The notes below the pieces were generated by a model that worked only from the letters and a program-made list of their open reading frames with translations, was not told the DNA's origin and searched no databases. A stretch of 64,000 nt of DNA from a virus (Duplodnaviria > Caudoviricetes), in the IMG/VR virus record IMGVR_UViG_3300047469_000103, positions 128,001 through 192,000 of that record; one strand, given 5' to 3'. Shown here piece after piece: positions 26,343-35,221 of the stretch (the first letter of the stretch is position 1; each line of letters opens with the position of its first letter). The position numbers and the translations under genes are program-made.

Positions 26343-26620
26343 GCCCCCGTGTAACCTTCGATAACCGCCCCGTGCCAGTAGCGCCCGGTCAATAGCCAAC
26401 GCGTGTTGTCCGTGGCCCCTGTAGCGATGTGCAGCGCCTTTGCCTCTTCTTCTGTTAGAGGTTCTGACGCCTTGCCTTGCAAAAGGCGCTCGTGCGCTTT
26501 CTGTAGAACTTCATAGGCGCGTTTGTAACCGTCGCGTTTCAGTTCCCGGCGAATCTGCGCAAATCGTGTTGCGCTGCAATCGCCTACAATTCTGTTTCCT
26601 TGCCGCAGTCGAATTCTCAT
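26339..26620 (-). CDS. hypothetical protein
   Basis: ORF in gene chain. Confidence 0.75.
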   Translation of the reverse strand: MRIRLRQGNRIVGDCSATRFAQIRRELKRDGYKRAYEVLQKAHERLLQGKASEPLTEEEAKALHIATGATDNTRWLLTGRYWHGAVIEGYTGA

Positions 26621-27366
26621 GTCACCGATTCCATGTAGGTTTTGAAATCCCGCACATTTGGACTGGCGGGGAAAATAACAAAGTCATCCGATTCCTGAGA
26701 CTTGTTAAACGTGCCACTGAAATAAACGCCGTTCACTGTCGATAGGTCTTCGATGGTTGTGTTCGGCGTGCGCACCAAAATGAATTCCACGACCGGCGCG
26801 TAATGTTGCAGCGTGCATTGCAGAACGTGTAAATCGAAACCGACCATACATTCTACTTCGTGCGTCATGCGATCCAGCGTGAGGCATTTATGTTTCTTGC
26901 CGCGCCATTCGAAAACGCCCAGTCGCAGAATTAATTCCGCGTTGCAGTTTAAACCGGCTGGTAAATCATCCGTCGCCGGTTCGTTACGTTCCATTTTCAA
27001 ACGCATGGAAATGCTTTGCTTCTGAATGCCGTAAGCCAGCATTGTCAGCCACGGAATATTTCCCGTGATCGTGTTGTAAAACTGCGCGTCTGCAAAATCG
27101 AAATACACAACGTCGCTCACTGGCATTTTGTGTTGTGTATGTTTCCACACTGCCAACGCAAGATGCTTCGGTAAACGTAACGCCGTAGTCCAGCGACTAA
27201 CGCCGTGCAAACCAGCGCCGTACAGAATCGCGAAACCGCACGCCAGCACCAACAACACGCGGCCAATAAATGGCAGCACGTATTTAACAATGAGAAACGC
27301 GAATGCCAGAACTAGAAACGCAGTGATCCACGAATTAAGCTGGATGCTGGAAATGGTATTAAACAT
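26617..27366 (-). CDS. membrane protein
   Basis: Two N-terminal TM helices. Confidence 0.8.
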   Translation of the reverse strand: MFNTISSIQLNSWITAFLVLAFAFLIVKYVLPFIGRVLLVLACGFAILYGAGLHGVSRWTTALRLPKHLALAVWKHTQHKMPVSDVVYFDFADAQFYNTITGNIPWLTMLAYGIQKQSISMRLKMERNEPATDDLPAGLNCNAELILRLGVFEWRGKKHKCLTLDRMTHEVECMVGFDLHVLQCTLQHYAPVVEFILVRTPNTTIEDLSTVNGVYFSGTFNKSQESDDFVIFPASPNVRDFKTYMESVT

Positions 27367-28042
27367 TTTTGTACCTCACTTGATCCTTGAGAAATTCGTC
27401 GTGGGTAATTGTCAGGCGAACCAGTGAAGCGGAACGGTCGTCTTTACCCACACCCGGAATTACCAGCGACGTTTTTACGTGCGTGTATTTGTGCTGCAAA
27501 ATCTGGCGGGCGAATTCCGCCGCTTCAGCACACGTCGTTTTAAAATCGTCTTCGTGCATGTCGAAATGCGGCATGGCGATAATGTCGATGTACTCGGCGC
27601 CGGTCGTGTGGTGATCCGTATAAACGATGTTGTCACCGTCCCACGCTTTCGGCCACAGACTGCCATTCGTGCGCACGTATCCAATTGACACGCCCGTATC
27701 TTGGCGACCGGGAGACGTGAATTCGAAGTCACCATAAAACACCGAAGTGCAGCGGTGAATTTCCAGCAGCTTTTCGCCCGGTTCGATTGGCGCCGGTTCG
27801 TGCTGGATTAATGGGAATTCAATAATGTTGCGCGTCAAATCTTGCGCAAGACAGAAACCTTGAAACAGGGTATCGAGACGCACGCCCGAATAACCGGATT
27901 CGGTACGCATGTCGGCGTAGACTTCGATGGCGCGGCAATTTAATTTGCTCATGGCCTTTTCGAATTTCTCACGATCCAACGCGAAATTCACTTTGCGCTG
28001 GTCTTCGGAGAGTTTGAATTTCGGAGGGAAAGAAATATTCAT
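27359..28042 (-). CDS. hypothetical mosaic protein
   Basis: REKFEKAM...Y...LFQGFCLA module at the N-terminus. Confidence 0.8.
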   Translation of the reverse strand: MNISFPPKFKLSEDQRKVNFALDREKFEKAMSKLNCRAIEVYADMRTESGYSGVRLDTLFQGFCLAQDLTRNIIEFPLIQHEPAPIEPGEKLLEIHRCTSVFYGDFEFTSPGRQDTGVSIGYVRTNGSLWPKAWDGDNIVYTDHHTTGAEYIDIIAMPHFDMHEDDFKTTCAEAAEFARQILQHKYTHVKTSLVIPGVGKDDRSASLVRLTITHDEFLKDQVRYKNV

Positions 28043-28335
28043 TCGCGGTCTTCCTTGAAATCGTTTTTGTGACGGCGCTTGTATTCACCATAACCGCGAC
28101 TGCAATTTGCGATTATGTCTTCGTACCGGCCAATGGGATATGCGTCTGCCATTTCTGGCGGCATTTCGTATTCCTTCGCATACGCTTTTGCATTCTCTTC
28201 AGTGTCGAAGAAAATATGCACGCTGCGAGCGTTGGTGTAATCGTAGCCACCGGGGATATACCAGCGGCTGACGACGAATTTCGATGTGGGTTTTCTGTAC
28301 AGCGTGCCTTCGTGTTCCGTGGTGTACAGATTCAT
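28039..28335 (-). CDS. hypothetical protein
   Basis: ORF in gene chain. Confidence 0.8.
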   Translation of the reverse strand: MNLYTTEHEGTLYRKPTSKFVVSRWYIPGGYDYTNARSVHIFFDTEENAKAYAKEYEMPPEMADAYPIGRYEDIIANCSRGYGEYKRRHKNDFKEDRE

Positions 28336-28337
28336 TT

Positions 28338-29063
28338 TTAAACCCCCAGCACTTTACGTTGGCGTGGAGTGAGTGCAGCGAGCGCTTCGGCCTTTTCTTT
28401 TTTCGCCTTGGCATCTTTGCGCTCTTTCGCTTTGCGTGCCTTGTCGGCTTTCTCGTGCGTTTCCCACCACGCGGCAACGTCACGCATGCGCGCATCTTTT
28501 GCATCGCTGTACAGCAATTTGTCGCGCTCTGCTTTTGGCAACGCGGTAATGATCGCGCACAGTTCGGTTTCGCAGCGTTCGTCCGAAGCGTAAATGTTTT
28601 TCTCTTCACGCTTGAGCCACGCAGGCACCGTCATTTCCAGACGCTTGCGTACAACGATTTGGTAACGCGCAGCATCGCGCAGTTTGATTTCTTTTTGGGT
28701 CGGTTCCATATGATCGCAATTGCAAGGCATGATTTTTCCCTCACGGACATTATTAACAAAAGTGACGACCGCGTTTTCGATAATGCGCAACGGGTCTTGT
28801 GTGTGCGTGCCTTCGTTCCAGATTTCAGGCGTACACGAAACTTCGAAATTAAATTCCACGCCCCGGCGTAGAAATCCAGTTACGCGGTTTGGGTTTCGGC
28901 GTTCGTGCGAATCCGTCATCCATTCCCACCGCCAGCCAATCGGCAATTCTGGCAATCGGAATTCGTATTTCTTGGGAATCTCTTTTCCCGTGACTGGCAC
29001 CTTTCCGCGCCAGCCGTAACGACCGTTCTTTAATCCGGTCGTCCATGCTTTTAGTGCGCCCAT
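28338..29063 (-). CDS. hypothetical protein
   Basis: 241 aa; C-terminal WWETHEKADKARK...ALAALTPRQRKVLGV. Confidence 0.8.
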   Translation of the reverse strand: MGALKAWTTGLKNGRYGWRGKVPVTGKEIPKKYEFRLPELPIGWRWEWMTDSHERRNPNRVTGFLRRGVEFNFEVSCTPEIWNEGTHTQDPLRIIENAVVTFVNNVREGKIMPCNCDHMEPTQKEIKLRDAARYQIVVRKRLEMTVPAWLKREEKNIYASDERCETELCAIITALPKAERDKLLYSDAKDARMRDVAAWWETHEKADKARKAKERKDAKAKKEKAEALAALTPRQRKVLGV

Positions 29064-29066
29064 GAA

Positions 29067-29327
29067 TTACTCCACAAACCACTCTTTGCCGTTCAACCAC
29101 ACGGCGCCTTTTTCTTCCAGCGTCTTTGCCATTTCGTCAGTAACGATGCAAAGTGTCGCTGGCCCTTCGACCGTGCTGTATTCAGCGTAAGAACCAGCGG
29201 CTTTAATTTCTGCGGCCTTCGCGTTGAACTGTTCTTTGGTTTTCGCCACCAAATAACCGTCGTGGCGATTTCCCCAACCAGCTTCATATTCACGGACGCT
29301 GTTGAAATACGCTACGTTCTGAGACAT
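29067..29327 (-). CDS. hypothetical protein
   Basis: ORF with AAGGA RBS. Confidence 0.8.
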   Translation of the reverse strand: MSQNVAYFNSVREYEAGWGNRHDGYLVAKTKEQFNAKAAEIKAAGSYAEYSTVEGPATLCIVTDEMAKTLEEKGAVWLNGKEWFVE

Positions 29328-29362
29328 ACAATTTTCCTTCTATTATGTTTCCTAGCATCCCA

Positions 29363-29386
29363 TTGCCTACCAACACGGATAGGCAA
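29363..29386. other. intergenic inverted repeat TTGCCTA-N10-TAGGCAA
   Basis: 7-bp perfect arms (9 with wobble); no U-tract. Confidence 0.5.
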
Positions 29387-29401
29387 GTGGATAACGTCGG
29401 A

Positions 29402-29650
29402 TTAAAAATTTACATGCAGCGTGTGACTGATGAAAGAATAATTACCCGGCATCACGTCAGGATCAAGATTCAATTCGTCCGGGTCTACGTCCGGGTTGTA
29501 GATCATGGTTTCCGCCGAGAAATAAACCGGCGCCCACCAATCGTACAAATCGAAACAGGCGCAGTAGGTCATTTGGTCAGGCCCGCTATCAACGTCGAGA
29601 AACGCAGTAACAGCACCATTGCGACCATGCTTCACTTCGAAATTAAACAT
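29402..29650 (-). CDS. acidic hypothetical protein
   Basis: ORF in gene chain. Confidence 0.75.
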   Translation of the reverse strand: MFNFEVKHGRNGAVTAFLDVDSGPDQMTYCACFDLYDWWAPVYFSAETMIYNPDVDPDELNLDPDVMPGNYSFISHTLHVNF

Positions 29651-29816
29651 CGTTCAAACTCCCTTTAGGCTTGAGCATGCGCGCCTTGCGCATGTACTCG
29701 TTTCGGTCTGCCAAGTATTCGGCAGCGGCCATAGTAAACCCGGCGTGTTTTGCTTTCAAGTAATACGTGTTCGCGTACCGGGCTTGATGCACGAGCCACC
29801 ACAGCGATTCGCTCAT
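29643..29816 (-). CDS. 57-aa hypothetical protein (not in ORF track)
   Basis: MSESLWWLVHQARYANTYYLKAKHAGFTMAAAEYLADRNEYMRKARMLKPKGSLNDV; ATGA overlap upstream. Confidence 0.65.
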   Translation of the reverse strand: MSESLWWLVHQARYANTYYLKAKHAGFTMAAAEYLADRNEYMRKARMLKPKGSLNDV

Positions 29817-30220
29817 ATGTCGTCTTCCATTGCTTGTTTGCGTTTGGCTTCGCGTTCCGCTCTACATTGAGCGTTGTAGATTTTCGAAGCCTTGCGATTA
29901 TATTCCTTCTTGAAATGCCAGCCGAAAATTCCGTACCAGCTAGACATATTGTTCGAAGTGCTTTGCATGCTGTTGCCGATGAACAGAAGCGGTTCAACAA
30001 AAATTGCACGCAGGATTTTAAGTGCGATGTGGCCCCAGTGCGCGCCACCTTTGTAATACAGCACGGCGTTATAAAGGCCGTAGCTCCAGCCGCGCAAAAG
30101 TGGGCGAGCAAGAAAACCGATGATAACCGGCGTCACGCAAAACCCGACGATCATGCAAGCGTATGCGTAAATCTGCACAGCCTTGGGCATGCCCATTAAT
30201 GTTGTGAAAATGGTTTCCAT
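29813..30220 (-). CDS. membrane protein
   Basis: Hydrophobic helices at aa 15-40 and 60-80. Confidence 0.75.
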   Translation of the reverse strand: METIFTTLMGMPKAVQIYAYACMIVGFCVTPVIIGFLARPLLRGWSYGLYNAVLYYKGGAHWGHIALKILRAIFVEPLLFIGNSMQSTSNNMSSWYGIFGWHFKKEYNRKASKIYNAQCRAEREAKRKQAMEDDI

Positions 30221-30229
30221 GTTGCCTCC

Positions 30230-30502
30230 TTAACTGCGTGCGTCTTCGTGCAGCAGTTTCAATTCCTGCAATTTATCCGACAGTTCAATAAAGCCGTTGC
30301 CGGTGTGAACTTCGGTGCCGGTTGCAGTGACCATGTTCAACGTGAAGAATTCACGATCTGCAATTACGAGCGAGCCAACGAAAAACTCGTTGCGGTCAAC
30401 CTTGCGCGAAATGTTGTAAACCGCGCAACCGAGATAGCTGGCCGACGAAATGTTGATGTTAGGAGCGAACAGAGCTTTGACTGTGTTTCGTGAATGCAGC
30501 AT
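30230..30502 (-). CDS. hypothetical protein
   Basis: ORF in gene chain. Confidence 0.75.
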   Translation of the reverse strand: MLHSRNTVKALFAPNINISSASYLGCAVYNISRKVDRNEFFVGSLVIADREFFTLNMVTATGTEVHTGNGFIELSDKLQELKLLHEDARS

Positions 30503-30516
30503 GGTATTTCTCCGAA

Positions 30517-30657
30517 TTAGATTTTGGTGGCGCCGCGTGGTTTAGGTGCGTTCTTTTTACTGCGGTATTCCATGTAGCAGATTGCGAACATGATCGCAGC
30601 AACACCAGCCAGTACGGCGATTTCTTTTACGTGGCCGATTACGGTTACTTCGTACAT
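30517..30657 (-). CDS. 46-aa single-TM microprotein (not in ORF track)
   Basis: MYEVTVIGHVKEIAVLAGVAAIMFAICYMEYRSKKNAPKPRGATKI. Confidence 0.65.
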   Translation of the reverse strand: MYEVTVIGHVKEIAVLAGVAAIMFAICYMEYRSKKNAPKPRGATKI

Positions 30658-30686
30658 TTTAAAACTCACTTCTTGAAAAAAGTTGA

Positions 30687-31103
30687 TTAGCAGATTTTGT
30701 AAGTGCCGGATTTCAGCAGGTCACGCATCACGTCGCGGGTCATCATTGCAGGGCCGTTTTCGTCACTGCGCAGATGCTGTACATAGTCGCCGTAATCAGG
30801 CCCGTGCATGATTACGAATTCAATGCTGTACGGTTCCGTGTTCGGGTCTGGATACTCCGCTTTGTGTTCCTTTCGGATTTTATCACAATGCGCGTTGTAG
30901 CCTTCCACGTCGGCGCCGATGTTCGTCAGATACACGAACGCCTTTTTGCCTTCTTCAGAAAGCATGCTGGTTTGTGATGCCAGCGTGTCGAAATGAAACG
31001 TCATACCAACGTCACCAATTCGCACCGTATCGCCTTCGCGCAATTCACCAATTAAATCTGGTGAAGCGGCAAGGTCGAGTACCATTCCTTTTAGCAGTGT
31101 CAT
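30687..31103 (-). CDS. hypothetical protein
   Basis: Start reassigned to ATG 31103 (MTLLKG) behind GAGG. Confidence 0.75.
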   Translation of the reverse strand: MTLLKGMVLDLAASPDLIGELREGDTVRIGDVGMTFHFDTLASQTSMLSEEGKKAFVYLTNIGADVEGYNAHCDKIRKEHKAEYPDPNTEPYSIEFVIMHGPDYGDYVQHLRSDENGPAMMTRDVMRDLLKSGTYKIC

Positions 31104-31114
31104 TTTATTGCACC

Positions 31115-31261
31115 TCAAACATTTTTACGGAAACGACGTTGAGCGTCCTGCAATTCTTTGGCGCGGTTTTCTTCAGCGGCAACTTGCTCGCTGTTCCACT
31201 GCCAAGTTTTGCGAGGCGAGTTCGAAACGGTAGTGCGGGATTGGACATTGAATGCGCGCAT
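31115..31261 (-). CDS. 48-aa early protein (not in ORF track)
   Basis: MRAFNVQSRTTVSNSPRKTWQWNSEQVAAEENRAKELQDAQRRFRKNV; first gene after the promoter, TAAAGGAAGTTT RBS. Confidence 0.7.
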   Translation of the reverse strand: MRAFNVQSRTTVSNSPRKTWQWNSEQVAAEENRAKELQDAQRRFRKNV

Positions 31262-31323
31262 TGGAAACTTCCTTTAAGGCGTGAGTTAAGAATCTATCAG
31301 GCGTTAGTGCCGATCTGGAATCA

Positions 31324-31352
31324 ATAGTGCCCGAATGCCAATAGGAAGTCAA
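31324..31352 (-). promoter_or_regulatory. sigma70-type promoter TTGACT-N17-CACTAT
   Basis: Direct match immediately after a terminator. Confidence 0.65.
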
Positions 31353-31370
31353 CGCGCAGAAACGACGAAA

Positions 31371-31401
31371 GGCCCACGGCCCTTATGACGGGGCGGTGAG
31401 C
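31371..31401 (-). terminator. intrinsic terminator
   Basis: GGCTCAC-C-GCCC-N7-GGGC-C-GTGGGCC followed by TTTCGTCGTTT. Confidence 0.6.
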
Positions 31402-31408
31402 CTATTCG

Positions 31409-31645
31409 TTACGTGCCGTATTGCAGGCGGTGACGGCCTTTCGCTTTGAGTTCGGCCTTTGTGTTTGGTACGCCCTTGATGGTGGCGCCCGTTTGCTTTG
31501 CGAAACCGTTAACCAGATGGTCTTCGAAATCTGCGAAGCGGCGCGCTTCCGTTTCTTTTGCCGACCAACTGAATTTGTAACCGTAGCCAGTTGCATACGA
31601 ATGCCCTGTCATGAACTTGCCGCGTTTCAATAGTAGTAGTGCCAT
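31409..31645 (-). CDS. hypothetical protein
   Basis: GGAG RBS before ATG 31645. Confidence 0.7.
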   Translation of the reverse strand: MALLLLKRGKFMTGHSYATGYGYKFSWSAKETEARRFADFEDHLVNGFAKQTGATIKGVPNTKAELKAKGRHRLQYGT

Positions 31646-31659
31646 TTCGAAATCTCCCT

Positions 31660-31860
31660 TTAGGCGTCGATTGTAATTCCCACACGCCGACGATTTGTCA
31701 GCGATTCATTTTCTTCACGCAGCAAACGCGCCATACACTCTGCTTCAATTGCGCGTCGTTTCCATTTTGCTAATTCGATGGCCTGAATATAAACCAGACC
31801 GATTACGCACAAGCCACCGAACATTAAAAGTGCTGCTGCCATAATTTCCACGATACTCAT
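31660..31860 (-). CDS. single-TM protein with short coiled coil
   Basis: Hydrophobic aa 3-26; GGAGG RBS. Confidence 0.75.
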   Translation of the reverse strand: MSIVEIMAAALLMFGGLCVIGLVYIQAIELAKWKRRAIEAECMARLLREENESLTNRRRVGITIDA

Positions 31861-31897
31861 ACATCCTCCTAAATCCTTTCAGGGAACCGCATGCAAT

Positions 31898-32278
31898 TTA
31901 TTCCGCTACACAATCCAGTTTTGCAGTGGCCTTTGTTTCCGCTGCGGCTTGCAGTAAATCAGCGCGGAAGTGATCCGCGTTCTTTCCACACAGCGGTTGA
32001 CCACCTTTCCCGTAGAACCGTGCAAGCTCCAGAATTTCTTTTTGACCATTTACAGCGGTCAGGTCGAAATTCAGTTTCGCGGTCACTGCGTTACTTGCAG
32101 GTTTCGCGTCGGTGCGACATTCGAATGTGCCGTCGCGCTTTTCGTTGCGCGCTGCGGTTTGCATACCGAATTTATTTGTCGAACACATTTGTTGCGCCAT
32201 CACCGTGTAGAAATCCGCTACGCGTTCTTCTTTGCAAGGTTGGCCAGCCAGACACACACTCAGGAAGAGAGAAATCAT
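31898..32278 (-). CDS. putative exported protein with duplicated Cys-containing domain
   Basis: Short hydrophobic N-terminus; two KE..+A.FY....Q.+C..N...C units. Confidence 0.75.
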   Translation of the reverse strand: MISLFLSVCLAGQPCKEERVADFYTVMAQQMCSTNKFGMQTAARNEKRDGTFECRTDAKPASNAVTAKLNFDLTAVNGQKEILELARFYGKGGQPLCGKNADHFRADLLQAAAETKATAKLDCVAE

Positions 32279-32293
32279 TTGAACGTCCTTTTA

Positions 32294-32782
32294 TTACGAA
32301 AGCTCGCCAGCCAGATATTTGTTGGCGATGTGAATGTACTTGCGGAAACTCGGCACCGATTCGCAATCGTTATAATCTCGGTCGTTGTGAATAAAGAACC
32401 GGTGCATGCTGCGGCGCTTCTTGTGCGACAGCCAGAATTGATGCGAAAGCGCGAGGTCATAAATTTCCGGCTCGTATGCGCGGGCGAAGTCGAAAACTAT
32501 TTTGTAATCCTTGTGATACGACGGCACGGTGATTTGCCACGAATACACAATGCCGTTTTCTGGTCTGCCTTTTTTAATGTACCCGCCCAGCAGAATTGCG
32601 CACTCACAAATTCGATTCATGATTGCGGTTTGCTTGGCTTGCGTTCGGGCAATGAGGTCGCCCAATTCATGCGGCGTTACGTTGCGCTCTTTGGCAGCTT
32701 TCAAAAACTGGATCGAATTACGCGTTGCCGCGAAAAGACTTTCCAGTTCCGCCAATTGTCCGTCAAATGCTGCGTTCCACAT
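32294..32782 (-). CDS. hypothetical protein
   Basis: ORF in gene chain. Confidence 0.8.
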   Translation of the reverse strand: MWNAAFDGQLAELESLFAATRNSIQFLKAAKERNVTPHELGDLIARTQAKQTAIMNRICECAILLGGYIKKGRPENGIVYSWQITVPSYHKDYKIVFDFARAYEPEIYDLALSHQFWLSHKKRRSMHRFFIHNDRDYNDCESVPSFRKYIHIANKYLAGELS

Positions 32783-32792
32783 ATAGTCACCT

Positions 32793-33434
32793 TTACAGAT
32801 AAATGAACGCGTCCAATTCAGGCAGACGTTCTTCGCTTTTGAATTTCCGCATGGCCCACAGCGCGGTCAACATGCAGCCTTGATCGTGCAGAAGGTTCGC
32901 CGGGTAAATTGCAGTCGGCGCGGCATAAAGTTTACGCATCACCTGTGCCTGCAAGTCATTCGGGTTTTCGTAAATCACCTGAATTTCTTTTGTCGGCATT
33001 ACGAAACGCATAATGAAACCATGCTTGAGCATTTCGTCTTTGAACTGGTGATAGGCCGTACCATCAAACGGGAAACCGTCGATGTTCGGGTAATCGTATT
33101 TCGGAATCGGCTCGGCTTCAATTTCAGGCGCAATCATTTCTGCAATTGCGTCAAGCGTGCCGATCATTTCCGCGTGAACCGCATTTGCAGATTCGGTAGG
33201 AATGCGCAAATCAGCATCGGCTTTTCCGTCTGCCCCGAATGCGAAATCACGCACGGGCAATTGGCGTCGTTCTACGCCTTTCCAGAAACCGTTAGCGCGT
33301 CGTTCTTCGCGCCATTTAATTTGGTTGGCAGTTGCAGCCAATTGACGCGCTTTTGATTCCTTCAGACAAATGAAGGCAAGGGCCAGAAAGCCAATGCAGA
33401 TTGCAACGCCAATAATCAACAAAACATTTTCCAT
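32793..33434 (-). CDS. membrane-anchored protein
   Basis: N-terminal TM; AAGGAG RBS. Confidence 0.8.
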   Translation of the reverse strand: MENVLLIIGVAICIGFLALAFICLKESKARQLAATANQIKWREERRANGFWKGVERRQLPVRDFAFGADGKADADLRIPTESANAVHAEMIGTLDAIAEMIAPEIEAEPIPKYDYPNIDGFPFDGTAYHQFKDEMLKHGFIMRFVMPTKEIQVIYENPNDLQAQVMRKLYAAPTAIYPANLLHDQGCMLTALWAMRKFKSEERLPELDAFIYL

Positions 33435-33465
33435 CGCCGTATCTCCTTTTGGCTAGACGAAAAAT

Positions 33466-33493
33466 AACCCCCTTTGATTTCTCGCCGGGGGTT
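33466..33493 (-). terminator. intrinsic terminator after the KTSC gene
   Basis: AACCCCC-N14-GGGGGTT-ATTTTTCGT. Confidence 0.6.
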
Positions 33494-33509
33494 TAGGGAA
33501 ACGCTCGTT

Positions 33510-34988
33510 TTACAGAGCGCGGAATTCTTCAGCAGTAAGCGGCTTGCCGGTGTAGGTCAGTTGGCCGTCGAGCGAAATGATTTGATCGAACGGCAGCGGG
33601 AAACGATTTTCGGTGATTGCGTAACGAACGTTCTCACGACGTACAACACGTTCGATTGGCACGATTACCGATTTGCTACCCTTGACTACACGCACACCAT
33701 GTTCGCGAACGTCGGTGATGGTCGGACGCGGTTCAACGCTGTGCATCTTTTTTGCTGGTGCAGCTTCAGCCTTTGCGAAATCTGCTTTTTTGTTGCCAAC
33801 GGTTTTGCGTGCATTTTCAGCAGGCTTTGCGGCGGCGACTTTTGCAGCAGGTTTAGCAGCCGGTTTTGCAGCCGGGGTTTCGTCAGCAACAAACTTGCCA
33901 CGGTTGTTTTTGCGCAGGCTGGATACCGCAACGCGGGTGCCTTCTTCGGTCACGATGTAACGTGCGCCGTCAGTGCCTTTAACAACCTTGGCGATGGTTT
34001 CCGCTTTGCGACCGTTCATGTAAACAGCGCCGCGCAAATCGTTGCCGGTGAATTCTACAGCTTCAGCTTTTGCAGCAGGTTTTACAGTGGCTTTAGCAGC
34101 CGGGGTTTTTGCAGCAGGGGCTTTTTCAGTTGCAGCCGCTTTTGCGCCGCCCTTTGCCATTTTGCCGGTCTTCACGTCACGAATGTGAGCGATGAAGAAT
34201 TTACCCGACGATTCAGCAGTTTCCAGCGCACGAGCTTCGCTCAATTTCACGCCTTCGTAATTCCAAACTGCGCCGTCTTTAAAGGTGACGATCAAAGTTT
34301 GAGTGTTGCGGTCGTATTCGGCAGAAACCAGATTCGACGACTTGCTGATTTCCAGATGGCGAATCGGGAATTTACGCACGTTCGACGATTCAGCTTCGAA
34401 TTCGTCAGCCGCTGGCTTTTTAGAAGCCGGTGCTTTTGCAGCAGGTTTAACAGTTGCTTTTGGTGCTGGTGCTACCGGCGCTTTTGCGTCGTATTTCGAA
34501 ACGGCGTCAGCCATTACGCGCAGATTGCCACGGTTGTTGCGTTCGATATCGGCCAGCAAAATGCGAGTGCCTTTATCGGTAACGGCGAAACGTTGTTCGG
34601 TTTCTTTGTCCTTCACGATGCGCGTTACGGTTTCTTTCGCACGACCGATCAAAACAACCTGATCGCGAACTTCAGTCGCTTTCAGTTCCACGACTTCAGC
34701 TTCGACCTTTTTACCGCGTGGCGTTTTTGGTTCGCCATCCAGTTTCAGGGTTGGAGCTTTTGCAGCAGGAGCTTTTGCAGCCGGTGCTTTCGGTGCAACT
34801 TCCGATTGCTTGGCTTTGAATTCTTTTGCCCACGATTTCAATTCGCGGAAAGTAACGCCGTTACCGATATCGGTGCCCAGCGAATAAAGTGCTTCACCGG
34901 TTTCCGATTTGTGCGCCTTGTTCTGAGCTTCCAGAGCGGCAACAGCAACGGACAACATAGCAGCGACGGTGTGAGTAGAAGTAGTCAT
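33510..34988 (-). CDS. KTSC-domain protein with three repeated beta domains and PAAK histone-H1-like linkers
   Basis: SSNLVSAEYDRNTQTLIVTFKDGAVWNYEGV...ESSGKFFIAHIR is a KTSC signature (aa ~214-272); repeats at aa ~105-160, 315-369, 424-480. Confidence 0.85.
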   Translation of the reverse strand: MTTSTHTVAAMLSVAVAALEAQNKAHKSETGEALYSLGTDIGNGVTFRELKSWAKEFKAKQSEVAPKAPAAKAPAAKAPTLKLDGEPKTPRGKKVEAEVVELKATEVRDQVVLIGRAKETVTRIVKDKETEQRFAVTDKGTRILLADIERNNRGNLRVMADAVSKYDAKAPVAPAPKATVKPAAKAPASKKPAADEFEAESSNVRKFPIRHLEISKSSNLVSAEYDRNTQTLIVTFKDGAVWNYEGVKLSEARALETAESSGKFFIAHIRDVKTGKMAKGGAKAAATEKAPAAKTPAAKATVKPAAKAEAVEFTGNDLRGAVYMNGRKAETIAKVVKGTDGARYIVTEEGTRVAVSSLRKNNRGKFVADETPAAKPAAKPAAKVAAAKPAENARKTVGNKKADFAKAEAAPAKKMHSVEPRPTITDVREHGVRVVKGSKSVIVPIERVVRRENVRYAITENRFPLPFDQIISLDGQLTYTGKPLTAEEFRAL

Positions 34989-35140
34989 GGTGTAATCCTT
35001 TTAAAATGAGTTTGGCATAATTGCCGGTCTGAAAAACGTTTTGCCTTAAAGGCGCATAGCTGGTCGAGCATTTGCAGCAGGTTCGAAACTTACCCTAATC
35101 TGTTAGTGCAGATTCGTGCGGGCATATTTGCCGAGATTCA

Positions 35141-35169
35141 ATATTGCGTGAAAGCTGTTTGAACGTCAA
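35141..35169 (-). promoter_or_regulatory. sigma70-type promoter TTGACG-N17-CAATAT
   Basis: Followed by CTCGGCAAATATGCC (35121..35135). Confidence 0.65.
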
Positions 35170-35221
35170 CCCCCTGTGCAAACTTTCTTTGCTGGTAGGC
35201 AGATTCGCTAGGCCAGCCCCG

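Noticed and set aside
29665-30111. 148-aa minus-strand ORF in the track
   Set aside because: Overlaps 29813..30220 out of frame; the gap is better explained by 29643..29816 with coupled start and stop
33474-35009. 511-aa plus-strand ORF
   Set aside because: Exact antisense shadow of the codon-biased KTSC gene; Phe/Ser/Cys/Arg-rich, no RBS
35080-35088. GGTTCGAAA resembling a tRNA T-loop
   Set aside because: Flanks do not form a 5-bp T-stem and no cloverleaf can be built; no tRNA found in the window
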